64,000 nucleotides of DNA, taken from the NCBI GenBank assembly GCA_017443075.1, contig JAFSPC010000065.1, positions 6,413-70,412 on the forward strand, written 5' to 3'. The notes under the pieces are model-generated. The model was not told the origin of the DNA. It did no database searches and saw nothing but the letters and a program-made list of their open reading frames with translations. The DNA comes from Paludibacteraceae bacterium (GTDB lineage: Bacteria; Bacteroidota; Bacteroidia; Bacteroidales; Paludibacteraceae). The position numbers were made by a program, and so were the translations under genes. Position 1 is the stretch's first letter; every line of letters begins with the position of its first letter. Below, in pieces: positions 26,455-35,570 of this stretch.

Positions 26455-27231
26455 ATGATACATCCTTTAGCCTGCGTTGATCCCTCGGCTATTATTGACC
26501 CGACAGCGGAGATCGGCGCATTTGCATATATCGAAGCCAACGTAGTGATAGGCTCCCGCACCAAGGTGATGGCCAATGCCACCGTATTGTCAGGTGCTCG
26601 CATAGGCGAAGATTGCACCATCTTCCCCTCCGCAGTGGTAGGTGCTATCCCTCAGGACCTGAAGTTCCGCGGCGAGGATACGCTCGCCATCATCGGCAAC
26701 CATACCGTTATTCGCGAGTGCGCGACGGTGCATCGCGGTACAGCCTCCAAGGGGCAGACGGTGGTGGGGGACTACTGCCTGATCATGGCGTATTCGCATG
26801 TGGCACACGACTGCCTGCTGCATAACCATATCATCCTGTCGAATGCCACACAGCTGGCCGGTGAGGTAGTGGTGGAGGATTATGCCATCATGGGCGGCGG
26901 ATCGCTCGTACACCAGTTCACACATATCGGCGCACACTCGATGACGCAAGGCGGCACGAAGGTGAACAAAGATATCCCCCCCTACGTGATAGCCGCACGC
27001 GAGCCCGTATCGTTCTGCGGAATCAACTCGGTGGGCTTGAGCCGTCGCGGATTTACGCGCGAACAGGTAGCCGCCATTCAGGATACCTATCGACTCATCT
27101 ATATGTCCGGGCTGAATGTATCGCAGGCATTGCAGCAGATACAGGACACCCTGCCGCCATCCGCCGAGCGCGATGAGATTGTTAACTTTATCACCTCTTC
27201 ACCACGCGGCGTTATCAGAGGCACCATGTAA
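26455..27231 (+). CDS. lpxA: acyl-ACP--UDP-N-acetylglucosamine O-acyltransferase
   Basis: 258 aa. MIHPLA..DPSA..... is followed by hexapeptide repeats and a C-terminal helical domain. Confidence 0.9.
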   Translation: MIHPLACVDPSAIIDPTAEIGAFAYIEANVVIGSRTKVMANATVLSGARIGEDCTIFPSAVVGAIPQDLKFRGEDTLAIIGNHTVIRECATVHRGTASKGQTVVGDYCLIMAYSHVAHDCLLHNHIILSNATQLAGEVVVEDYAIMGGGSLVHQFTHIGAHSMTQGGTKVNKDIPPYVIAAREPVSFCGINSVGLSRRGFTREQVAAIQDTYRLIYMSGLNVSQALQQIQDTLPPSAERDEIVNFITSSPRGVIRGTM

Positions 27232-27260
27232 TAACCGCTGCGCATGCGATAGGAATAAGA

Positions 27261-29015
27261 ATGAATCAGCAAACAAATATACGACACGATATGGAAGAGC
27301 AAGAAAGGAGCCTCAATTTTATTGAGCAGATTGTTGAAAAAGACCTCGCTGAGGGAGTGAACAACGGACGTATACAGACGCGTTTTCCGCCCGAGCCGAA
27401 CGGCTACCTGCACATAGGTCACGTTAAGGCTATATGCATGGATTTCGGTATTGCGGAAAAATACAACGGCGTATGTAACCTGCGTTTTGACGATACGAAC
27501 CCCGCCAAAGAGGATACGGAGTATGTAGATACCATTGAGCGCGACATTCGCTGGTTGGGATTCAAGTGGGGGAAGATCTTCTATGCCTCCGACTATTTCG
27601 ACGCACTCTACGATCTGGCTATCCGCTTCATCAAAGAGGGCAAAGCCTACGTTGATGAGCAAAGTGCCGAGCAGATAGCCGAGCAGAAAGGTACGCCTAC
27701 TGAGGCAGGCACCAACTCGCCCTATCGCGACCGTCCTGTAGAGGAGAACCTGCGGCTGTTCCAAGCCATGCAGAATGGCGAGATTGAGGAGGGTAAGATG
27801 GTGTTGCGAGCAAAGATTGATATGGGCAACCCGAACATGCACTTCCGCGACCCGATCATGTACCGCATCATCACCTCCCACCCGCACCACCGCACGGGTC
27901 GCAAGTGGAATGTATATCCGATGTACGACTTCGCCCACGGCCAGAGCGACTACTTTGAGGGCGTGACGCATTCTATCTGTACGCTGGAGTTTGAGGTACA
28001 TCGCCCGCTGTACGACTATTTCCTTGACCAGATTACGGGTGAGAACTTCGCAGGCCTGTCACCCTATGGTCCTGCCTACCGCCCCAAGCAGCGCGAGTTC
28101 AACCGACTGAATATCACCTACACCGTGATGTCGAAGCGCAAGATGCTACAATTGGTGAAAGAGGGCTTAGTGGCCGGCTGGGACGACCCGCGTATGCCGA
28201 CCGTGTGCGGTCTGCGACGCCGCGGATATACCGCCACATCCATCCGCGAATTTATGGACAAGATCGGCTACACCAAGGTGGAGGGGATGATTGACCAAGG
28301 CCTGCTGGAACACACCATCCGCGAAGACCTGAAGGAGACGGCACCACGCGTGTGCGCCATCTTCGACCCGGTCAAACTGGTGATAACCAACTATCCCGAA
28401 GGACAAACAGAAACTCTCGTAGCCGAGAACATCGACGGCCATCCCGAGCTTGGCACACGTGAGATGCAGTTTGGCAGAGAGCTGTGGATTGAGCGCGGTG
28501 ACTTCCTTGAGCAGGCGGACAACAAGTTCTACCGCTTGAGCCCTGGCGGACGCGAAGTGAGACTCAAAGCATCATATATCATCCAGGCCACCGGCTGCGA
28601 TAAGGATGCCAATGGCAGTATAACCACCGTGTACGCCACCTACGATCCGGATACCAAGTCCGGCACGGAGGGCGGCAACCGCAAGACGAAAGCTACAATC
28701 AACTGGGTAGAATGCGGCTCAGCGTTAGATGCCGAAGCACGCCTGTACGACCGCTTGTTTGCAGTGGAGAACCCGAGTGCCGAAGAGGGCGACTTCCGCG
28801 ACCTGCTGAACCCCGATAGCTTGATTGTAAAGAATATCAAGATTGAAGGCTCGCTGCGCAGCGAACTGCATGCACCGGTGATCGTGGATGGCGTAGAGCA
28901 GGAGAATCACTACCAACTGCTCAAGCAAGGCTACTTTGTAGTGGATCCTGACACAACAGCCGACCGGCTCGTACTGAACCGCACATGCTCGCTCAAAGAC
29001 AATTACCTGAAGTAA
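27261..29015 (+). CDS. glnS: glutamine--tRNA ligase
   Basis: 584 aa with a class I HIGH motif (PEPNGYLHIGH) and a KMSKS variant (VMSKRK). The body is GlnRS-type (RFDDTNP, YPMYDFAHG). Confidence 0.92.
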   Translation: MNQQTNIRHDMEEQERSLNFIEQIVEKDLAEGVNNGRIQTRFPPEPNGYLHIGHVKAICMDFGIAEKYNGVCNLRFDDTNPAKEDTEYVDTIERDIRWLGFKWGKIFYASDYFDALYDLAIRFIKEGKAYVDEQSAEQIAEQKGTPTEAGTNSPYRDRPVEENLRLFQAMQNGEIEEGKMVLRAKIDMGNPNMHFRDPIMYRIITSHPHHRTGRKWNVYPMYDFAHGQSDYFEGVTHSICTLEFEVHRPLYDYFLDQITGENFAGLSPYGPAYRPKQREFNRLNITYTVMSKRKMLQLVKEGLVAGWDDPRMPTVCGLRRRGYTATSIREFMDKIGYTKVEGMIDQGLLEHTIREDLKETAPRVCAIFDPVKLVITNYPEGQTETLVAENIDGHPELGTREMQFGRELWIERGDFLEQADNKFYRLSPGGREVRLKASYIIQATGCDKDANGSITTVYATYDPDTKSGTEGGNRKTKATINWVECGSALDAEARLYDRLFAVENPSAEEGDFRDLLNPDSLIVKNIKIEGSLRSELHAPVIVDGVEQENHYQLLKQGYFVVDPDTTADRLVLNRTCSLKDNYLK

Positions 29016-29046
29016 GTGCCCAAATTATCATACGCCAAATAACAAA

Positions 29047-29442
29047 ATGGTAAGTCTGTTTTGTCCGTTTCGCCGCAAATACGTTGCCGCCACGCCAGAG
29101 GAACATGTTCGGCAAACGTTTCTTCATGCGCTGGTGGAGCACTACGGCTATCCGCAATCTCTGATCGGCGTTGAGGTGCCGATAGCCGTAGGGGCAGGCG
29201 TGGACAAACGATGCGATGCAGTCGTCTATTCGCGCAGCCTGCAGCCGCTGATGCTGATTGAGTTCAAGGCACCGGAGGTAAGCATCACGCAATCAACGCT
29301 GGACCAGGCTGCGGTATATAATACAACGGTGCACGCCCCCTACCTCATCCTATCCAACAGCAAGCAGACCGTTGTGGCACACATTGATGACAATCAACAA
29401 ATATCCTTCTTAAACCACATACCTTCATGGAATCAGTTATAA
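29047..29442 (+). CDS. HsdR_N-like (type I restriction enzyme R N-terminal, PD-(D/E)xK-like) small protein
   Basis: 131 aa. The pattern PEEHVRQ.F...L....GYP...I..E........KRCDAVVY.......LMLIEFK matches the stand-alone HSDR_N family. Its 3' end overlaps the phoH start by 16 nt. Confidence 0.6.
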   Translation: MVSLFCPFRRKYVAATPEEHVRQTFLHALVEHYGYPQSLIGVEVPIAVGAGVDKRCDAVVYSRSLQPLMLIEFKAPEVSITQSTLDQAAVYNTTVHAPYLILSNSKQTVVAHIDDNQQISFLNHIPSWNQL

Positions 29443-30353
29443 CCCTGAACGAAGCCATTGATACCGCCGCCTTCTATGGCGTGAACAATGCGAATATCCT
29501 CTGCCTGTGCAACCAGCACCCCGAGGTACGCGTTGTAGCAAGGGGATACAAGCTCAAAGTGACCGGTCCGGAAGCAGCGGTCAAACGTTTTGCAGCGAAT
29601 GTGGAGCGCTGTCAGGAGGTTTGCTTGCATCGCGGCTCGCTGAGCGAGGCTACGATATTAGACTTGGTGCACGGCACATCGCCTGAAGCGGTAACACATG
29701 ATCACCTGATCCTGCACGGCGTGGGTGGTAAGCCTATCTTGGCGCGATCAGCCAACCAGCGCAAACTGGTGGAGGGATTTGAGACAGACGACCTGCTGTT
29801 TGCAGTCGGGCCAGCCGGATCGGGTAAGACATATACGGCCATTGCCTTGGCAGTCAGAGCACTCAAGAACAAACAAGTCAAGCGTATCATCCTATCGCGC
29901 CCGGCTGTAGAGGCAGGCGAGAAGTTAGGTTTCCTGCCCGGCGATATGAAGGAGAAGATTGACCCCTATCTGCAACCGCTATACGATGCGCTGCAAGACA
30001 TGCTGCCCGATGGCAAACTACAGGAGTATATGGAGCGCGGCGTGATACAGATAGCGCCCTTGGCGTTCATGCGCGGTCGCACGCTGTCAGATGCCGTGGT
30101 TATATTGGACGAGGCGCAGAATGCCACCGTACTACAACTGAAGATGTTCCTCACCCGAATGGGCTTAGGCAGCAAGATGATCGTCACAGGCGACCTGACT
30201 CAGATCGACCTGCCGGCATCTCAGCGCTCCGGTTTAGCCGATGCCATGAGCCGGCTGAAGGATATCAAGGGCATACAGATTGTGCAATTCAACCAGCACG
30301 ACATAGTCCGCCACCACTTAGTAACCCATATCGTCAAGGCTTATGCTGATTAA
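29427..30353 (+). CDS. phoH: PhoH-family ATPase
   Basis: 308 aa with Walker A GPAGSGKT, GFLPGD and ILDEAQN, and typical PhoH/YbeZ length. Confidence 0.9.
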   Translation: MESVITLNEAIDTAAFYGVNNANILCLCNQHPEVRVVARGYKLKVTGPEAAVKRFAANVERCQEVCLHRGSLSEATILDLVHGTSPEAVTHDHLILHGVGGKPILARSANQRKLVEGFETDDLLFAVGPAGSGKTYTAIALAVRALKNKQVKRIILSRPAVEAGEKLGFLPGDMKEKIDPYLQPLYDALQDMLPDGKLQEYMERGVIQIAPLAFMRGRTLSDAVVILDEAQNATVLQLKMFLTRMGLGSKMIVTGDLTQIDLPASQRSGLADAMSRLKDIKGIQIVQFNQHDIVRHHLVTHIVKAYAD

Positions 30354-31950
30354 CACCTATTCAGCCGCATCAGTCGGCATAGATGCTGTGATTGTGACCG
30401 TCGAGGTTCATGCCACGCCTGGCTACGACTTTACGATGGTAGGTTTGCCGGATGTAGCGGTCAAGGAGGGACATGAACGTATCCTATCCGCCATACAGAT
30501 ATCCGGCATACGTCTTCCCCAACGCCAATACACAATCAACATGTCCCCCGCCGACCTCAAGAAGGAGGGTGCCGCCTTTGATCTGACGCTGGCTATCGGG
30601 CAGTTGGCTGCCACTGAGATCGTGCACAGCCGCCTGCTGTCGCAATACCTGATACTGGGCGAACTATCGCTCGATGGCCATCTGCGCCCTGTACACGGGT
30701 GTCTGCCCATCGCCTTGGCGGCAAAGAACAATGGGTTTAAGGGCGTGATCTTACCTGCCGAGAACGCCAACGAAGCAGCTGTAGTAGATGGTATAGAGGT
30801 CTATGGATTTGAGCATCTGACGGATGTGATAGCATTTCTTAACAGCGAGCAGCCGGCTACACCGGTGCACGTGGATGTCAACGAACTGCTGAGCACCATG
30901 GCATTCCCTACAGATATCGATTTTGCAGACGTTCGCGGTCAGCAGGAGGTACGCCGCGCAATCGAGATAGCCGCAGCCGGCGGACACAACATTATTATGA
31001 TCGGTCCTCCCGGGGCCGGCAAATCGATGATGGCTAAGCGCATACCTACCATCCTGCCCCCCATGACGCTGAGCGAGGCGCTGGAGACGACAAAGATTTA
31101 CTCCGTATCCGGCAAGCTGCGCAAGACGCCATCACCATCTGCAGGAATGCAAACGGGTACATCTGCAGGCCTGCAGAACTCCCTGATTGTGCAGCGTCCA
31201 TTTCGTGCACCACACCACACCATAACCGATGTAACCCTGGTGGGCGGGGGTAACAATCCGCACCCCGGCGAGGTCAGCCTCGCACACAACGGAGTGCTGT
31301 TTCTGGACGAACTGGCAGAGTTCAAACGCACGGCATTAGAGGTACTGCGTCAGCCGTTGGAAGACGGACATATAACCGTGGCGCGCAACAAACTATCGGT
31401 GGATTATCCGGCCCACTTCATGTTAGTGGCAGCCATGAACCCTTGTCCTTGCGGCCATTACGGCGATGTCAAGCACCCCTGCACCTGCACGCCGGCGCAA
31501 CGCCACAGGTATATGAGCCGTATCAGTGGTCCCCTGCTTGACCGAATAGATATACAATGTCACATCGACGCCGTTGACTACGAAGCCCTGCGCCAAAAGG
31601 CTGACGGTGAAGCTTCGGCAGCCATCCGCGAACGCGTAATCAAAGCACGTGCCATACAAACAGCGCGATTCAGAGGTACAAGCATCCATTGCAATGCACA
31701 AATGCCACCGAAGATGGTGCGCCAATATTGCCAACCCAATGCGGAAGCCGAGCAACAACTGCGTATGGCGATGAACCTATACGGGTTGTCGGCGCGCGCC
31801 TACGACCGCATACTGAAGGTGGCACGCACAATAGCTGATCTGGATGCCGTAGTACATCCCGAACAGCCCGTATCGAACATCCTCACCGCCGGACAACTGC
31901 TGCAAGCCATACAGTTCCGCCAACTGGACCGCTCAGATTGGGGGGAGTGA
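30343..31950 (+). CDS. YifB/ComM-family Mg-chelatase-like AAA+ ATPase
   Basis: 535 aa with an N-terminal Lon-protease-like domain, Walker A GPPGAGKS, PFRAPHH and GVLFLDE. The start overlaps the phoH stop by 11 nt. Confidence 0.9.
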   Translation: MLINTYSAASVGIDAVIVTVEVHATPGYDFTMVGLPDVAVKEGHERILSAIQISGIRLPQRQYTINMSPADLKKEGAAFDLTLAIGQLAATEIVHSRLLSQYLILGELSLDGHLRPVHGCLPIALAAKNNGFKGVILPAENANEAAVVDGIEVYGFEHLTDVIAFLNSEQPATPVHVDVNELLSTMAFPTDIDFADVRGQQEVRRAIEIAAAGGHNIIMIGPPGAGKSMMAKRIPTILPPMTLSEALETTKIYSVSGKLRKTPSPSAGMQTGTSAGLQNSLIVQRPFRAPHHTITDVTLVGGGNNPHPGEVSLAHNGVLFLDELAEFKRTALEVLRQPLEDGHITVARNKLSVDYPAHFMLVAAMNPCPCGHYGDVKHPCTCTPAQRHRYMSRISGPLLDRIDIQCHIDAVDYEALRQKADGEASAAIRERVIKARAIQTARFRGTSIHCNAQMPPKMVRQYCQPNAEAEQQLRMAMNLYGLSARAYDRILKVARTIADLDAVVHPEQPVSNILTAGQLLQAIQFRQLDRSDWGE

Positions 31951-32016
31951 GTAGCGGTGCCGGACAGAAGTAAGAGCAGAGAGACAAGAGATTACACATA
32001 ACTAATAGCTTATACT

Positions 32017-32484
32017 ATGGAACAGATCATTACATCATTTGCCCAGACCGATTGGGTGGGTGTCATATCCAAAATCGGCATGGCTATCATCCTGGGTTAC
32101 CTGATAGGCATTGAGCGTGAGCTGCAGGGGAAGGTTGTCGGCACGCGCACGGTCACGTTGATAGCTATTGGTGCAACGCTGTATGTACTGATGTCGCCCA
32201 GCATCTTTGGGGGTGACAACTCGCGTATCATAGCGCAGGTGGTGTCCGGCATAGGTTTCTTGGGTGCAGGTATTATCTTCAAGGATGGCGACACCGTCAA
32301 AGGTCTGACTACGGCAGCCACAGTGTGGTGTGCCGCCGCTGTAGGAGGGTTATGTGGCTTCGGGATGTTTGCCGAGGCGATAATTGGCACACTGGCTATT
32401 GTGGTGATTAACATATTTTTCAAGCATCGGTTATCCAAGTTTGAGAAGGAAGAACGGCACACCAACTCGCAGAACAACAAATAA
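32017..32484 (+). CDS. MgtC/SapB-family membrane protein
   Basis: 155 aa with 4-5 TM segments. GIEREL..K..G.RT, GIGFLGAG.I and AATVW.AAA.G are characteristic. Confidence 0.8.
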   Translation: MEQIITSFAQTDWVGVISKIGMAIILGYLIGIERELQGKVVGTRTVTLIAIGATLYVLMSPSIFGGDNSRIIAQVVSGIGFLGAGIIFKDGDTVKGLTTAATVWCAAAVGGLCGFGMFAEAIIGTLAIVVINIFFKHRLSKFEKEERHTNSQNNK

Positions 32485-32580
32485 TGCACCCTGGCATTGG
32501 GGGCATAGCTATATAGATTGGCATCAATATATATCGCTACCAAGCGCATACACTATATCGCAATTCATAACGCATACAAC

Positions 32581-32609
32581 AAAAGACCGCAGCAGTTGCG
32601 GTCTTTTTT
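32581..32609. terminator. bidirectional rho-independent terminator between mgtC-like and rubrerythrin
   Basis: A 9-bp stem, aagaccgca (32583-91) pairing with tgcggtctt (32597-605), closes a 5-nt loop. An A-run precedes it and a T-run follows to 32609. Confidence 0.75.
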
Positions 32610-32628
32610 GTTGAAGTTTTGGATATTT

Positions 32629-33180
32629 TTACTTCTTGAAGTAGCGGTTGTACAGCCCTTGGAATCCTGCGCCGTGACGAGCCTCGTCGCGAGCCATCTC
32701 GTGAACGGTATCGTGTATTGCATCCAAGTCAAGTGCTTTGGCACGCTTGGCTACGCGGAGCTTGCTCTCGCATGCACCGGCCTCGGCCAGCATACGTTTC
32801 TCAAGATTGGTCTTGGTATCCCATACGACCTCGCCCAGCAGTTCGGCAAACTTAGCGCAATGCTCTGCCTCCTCGTATGCATACTGACGGAATGCTGCGG
32901 CAATCTCGGGATAACCCTCACGGTCGGCCTGACGAGCCATAGCCAAGTACATACCTACCTCTGTAGCTTCACCGATAAAGTCGGCATGCAAGCCCTCTTT
33001 GATAATTTCATCCTCTACGCCTTTAGCTACACCGAGTACATGCTCGCACGCCCATGTTATTTCTGCACTCTCATCGGCTACTTTCCACTCCACAATCTGT
33101 TTGCATTGCGGACAGCGCTCGGGTGCTTCTGTGCCCTCGTGAACATAACCACAGATCGGGCAAATAAATTTCTTGTTCAT
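32629..33180 (-). CDS. rbr: reverse rubrerythrin (N-terminal rubredoxin-like CxxC..CxxC, C-terminal ferritin-like diiron domain)
   Basis: 183 aa with CPICGYV...CPQC at the N-terminus, followed by EGE..E..H / E..H diiron ligand patterns. Confidence 0.85.
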   Translation of the reverse strand: MNKKFICPICGYVHEGTEAPERCPQCKQIVEWKVADESAEITWACEHVLGVAKGVEDEIIKEGLHADFIGEATEVGMYLAMARQADREGYPEIAAAFRQYAYEEAEHCAKFAELLGEVVWDTKTNLEKRMLAEAGACESKLRVAKRAKALDLDAIHDTVHEMARDEARHGAGFQGLYNRYFKK

Positions 33181-33357
33181 AATGAAGATATTTAAGGGTT
33201 AATAATGGTAGTCGAAAGACCATGCTATCGCACTCAAAGAAAAAAGAACGCGCTTTGCACTCAAAGCCTATAATGCCTGTGTATGTCAGTAATCAGGTAT
33301 TTATCTTTTAGTAGCTGTAGGCTACGGTCTTGTTTCTTTCAGCGAAGCGGTCAATAC

Positions 33358-34173
33358 TCAATAACTCTCCTCCGCCGACGGAAACGAACCATCCTTGACA
33401 GTACTGATGTATTCCGATACGGCGTTGTTAACATCATCGGCGAGTTGAGCGAAATGGCGGAGGAACTTCGGTTTGAATCCTCTGTTCAGTCCGAGCATAT
33501 CATGCAGCACAAGCACCTGTCCGTCGGTAGCATTGCCTGCACCGATGCCAATGGTGGGACAACTGACGGCTTTTGTTACGCGCTCTGCCAAGGCTGCAGG
33601 GATCTTCTCCAGAACAATACAGAAGCACCCTGCATCTTCCAATGCACGTGCATCAGCGAGTAGTTTGTCAGCCTCAGCCTCTTCTTTGGCACGCAGTCCG
33701 TAGCCACCAAACTGGTTGACACTCTGCGGTGTGAGCCCGAGGTGTCCGCATACAGGTACACCAGCTACTATCATCCTGCGGATGGCAGGCACGATCTCTT
33801 GCCCGCCCTCCAACTTCACAGCATCGGCACCACTCTCCTTGAGGATGCGGATGGCGTTGGCTACAGCCTGGTCATCGGTTACCTGGTAGGAGCCGAACGG
33901 CATATCTACCACCACGAGCGCGTGTTGTGCGGCACGAACGACACCTTTGGACAGGAAGATCATCTCATCCAACGTGATAGGCAACGTATATTGGTTGCCA
34001 CAAACGATGTTGGAGGCGCTATCGCCTACAAGTAACATATCTATGCCGGCTTCATCCACCAGTCGGGCAAGAGTGTAATCGTAGGACGTCAGCATGGTTA
34101 TTTTCTCGCCCTGCTGCTTCATCTGGCGAATCTTGGTGGTCGTCAGACGCGTATTTTGAGTATGTACAGACAT
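33358..34173 (-). CDS. panB: 3-methyl-2-oxobutanoate hydroxymethyltransferase
   Basis: 271 aa with MLTSYDY, LLVGDS, VVDMPFGSY, VKLEGG and GH.GLTPQS. Confidence 0.92.
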   Translation of the reverse strand: MSVHTQNTRLTTTKIRQMKQQGEKITMLTSYDYTLARLVDEAGIDMLLVGDSASNIVCGNQYTLPITLDEMIFLSKGVVRAAQHALVVVDMPFGSYQVTDDQAVANAIRILKESGADAVKLEGGQEIVPAIRRMIVAGVPVCGHLGLTPQSVNQFGGYGLRAKEEAEADKLLADARALEDAGCFCIVLEKIPAALAERVTKAVSCPTIGIGAGNATDGQVLVLHDMLGLNRGFKPKFLRHFAQLADDVNNAVSEYISTVKDGSFPSAEESY

Positions 34174-34198
34174 TATGTTTATTTTTTACGGCTTCGCC

Positions 34199-34252
34199 GT
34201 GTTTGTGACTACGTGTTTGTGACTACGTGTTTGTGACTACGTGTTAGTTACC
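34199..34252. repeat. 14-bp tandem repeat GTGTTTGTGACTAC x3 plus a partial fourth unit
   Basis: Perfect units lie at 34199-212, 34213-226 and 34227-240, followed by gtgttagttacc. Confidence 0.95.
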
Positions 34253-34299
34253 GCTTCGCGGTGTTTATTATGGCCTCGCCATGTTGGTTACTGCGTGTT

Positions 34300-34429
34300 A
34301 ACAGCCGCAGGCTTAACAACACGAAGTTGCCAACAGCCGACAGGCTAATCAACACGAAGTTGTCAACAGCCGCAGGCTCAACAACACGAAGTTATCAACA
34401 GCCGACAGACTAATCAACACGAAGTTATC
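34300..34429. repeat. 32/33-bp tandem repeat x4, alternating two subtypes (65-bp higher-order unit x2)
   Basis: Units are aacagccgcaggcttaacaacacgaagttgcc (34300-331), aacagccgacaggctaatcaacacgaagttgtc (34332-364), aacagccgcaggctcaacaacacgaagttatc (34365-396) and aacagccgacagactaatcaacacgaagttatc (34397-429). Confidence 0.95.
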
Positions 34430-34554
34430 ATCAGCGAAACTCTTTTCCGTTGCAAAATTACAAAATATTTTTGACATTTGCAAGCAAAATGCATTTTCTT
34501 TTTAATTTATGACCAAAAATAGATATAAAATTTGCAAATATCGAAAATATTTTG

Positions 34555-34562
34555 TATCTTTG
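34555..34562 (+). promoter_or_regulatory. -7 box TATCTTTG for the 34634 gene
   Basis: Exact TAnnTTTG with an upstream TTTG (34531-34), 72 nt upstream of the ATG. Confidence 0.5.
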
Positions 34563-34633
34563 CGTGTTAAATGTGTGGCTAACGGCAGCACTATATATCG
34601 CTCTCCCCCACCTAACCATAAAAAATTACAATA

Positions 34634-35422
34634 ATGAAAAATCAAAGACTTCTGACAATTTTAGTGGTCATCACGTTGCTCTTTAGCATTTCATCCACCA
34701 TTCTGAATCTGCTAATCTTGAAACGCAACCTATTACGCGACGAGTTGATGCAAGCTATCGGTGTGATGATGATGGGCTCCGAACTTGATGATGAGAAGGC
34801 TAAGTCCACTACCGAACTGCAGCCATTGGCACAGGTGGAAGCAGTTGCTGAGACGGATGCCGAGCCTATTGAAGAAACGAATCAACCTGCTCGTCCCGCT
34901 ACGACTACTGCACCCAAGGTGAGTACCTCTGCACCTATCGCTAAAGTGCAAGCAGAAGAGCAACCTGCAGCAGACAAACAACCTGCCGTTGTGGAGAACG
35001 TGTATGTAGATCTCGGTTTGCCCAGCGGTACGTTGTGGAGGTCGATGAACGAACAAGGCTTGCTAAACTTCAAAACCGCCAAGCAGAAGTACAAGAAGAA
35101 CCTGCCATCGGTTAAGCAGTGGAAGGAGTTGAAGAAATATTGCGTTTGGGAGTGGACTGGCAAAGGGTATCAGGTGACCGGTCCGAACGGGTCAACCATC
35201 TATATGCCTGCTGAGGGTTATCGTAACTACAGCGGTATAATTGGTCAGGTGGACAAATTTGGCAACTATTGGTCATCTACTATCAAGGACTCCGAAGAGG
35301 CTTGGCGTTTCGGCTTTGAGCCGGATAAGTTCAGCATTGCGCCTAACAGCCGCGTATATGGCCGTTCGGTTCGTCTGGTACAGAAGCGTTCGCGAGTGCC
35401 GGATATAACCGATATCGAGTAA
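34634..35422 (+). CDS. membrane-anchored/secreted protein with a C-terminal FISUMP-like domain
   Basis: 262 aa with an N-terminal TM helix and a low-complexity Ala/Glu/Pro linker. The C-terminal VDLGLPSGTLW...EW.EL...C.WEW.......G..G..I..PA.GYR......G....G.YWSST......A....F..........R..G.SVRLV is the same domain type as in the giant protein. Confidence 0.7.
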   Translation: MKNQRLLTILVVITLLFSISSTILNLLILKRNLLRDELMQAIGVMMMGSELDDEKAKSTTELQPLAQVEAVAETDAEPIEETNQPARPATTTAPKVSTSAPIAKVQAEEQPAADKQPAVVENVYVDLGLPSGTLWRSMNEQGLLNFKTAKQKYKKNLPSVKQWKELKKYCVWEWTGKGYQVTGPNGSTIYMPAEGYRNYSGIIGQVDKFGNYWSSTIKDSEEAWRFGFEPDKFSIAPNSRVYGRSVRLVQKRSRVPDITDIE

Positions 35423-35480
35423 TAACATCCCATTGAGACAGAGAAAAGAATACAGGATAATATACAATCCTGCAAAATAA

Positions 35481-35516
35481 AACGAACGCGCTTACTAAAC
35501 AGTATGCGCGTTCGTT
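35481..35516. terminator. bidirectional hairpin terminator
   Basis: An 11-bp perfect stem, aacgaacgcgc (35481-491) pairing with gcgcgttcgtt (35506-516), lies between convergent genes. Confidence 0.65.
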
Positions 35517-35570
35517 AGTATTATATAAGACGATACTTCTACCTCATAGGAGGAATCGGCGTATACAATC

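Noticed and set aside
33181-34633. Riboswitch or T-box-type leaders upstream of panB, metG, folP, guaD and glnS
   Set aside because: I could not recognise conserved cores of known riboswitch classes (purine, THF, TPP, SAM, cobalamin) by eye in any of these leaders. The panB leader is instead a tandem-repeat block, reported separately. A covariance-model scan is needed for a definitive negative.
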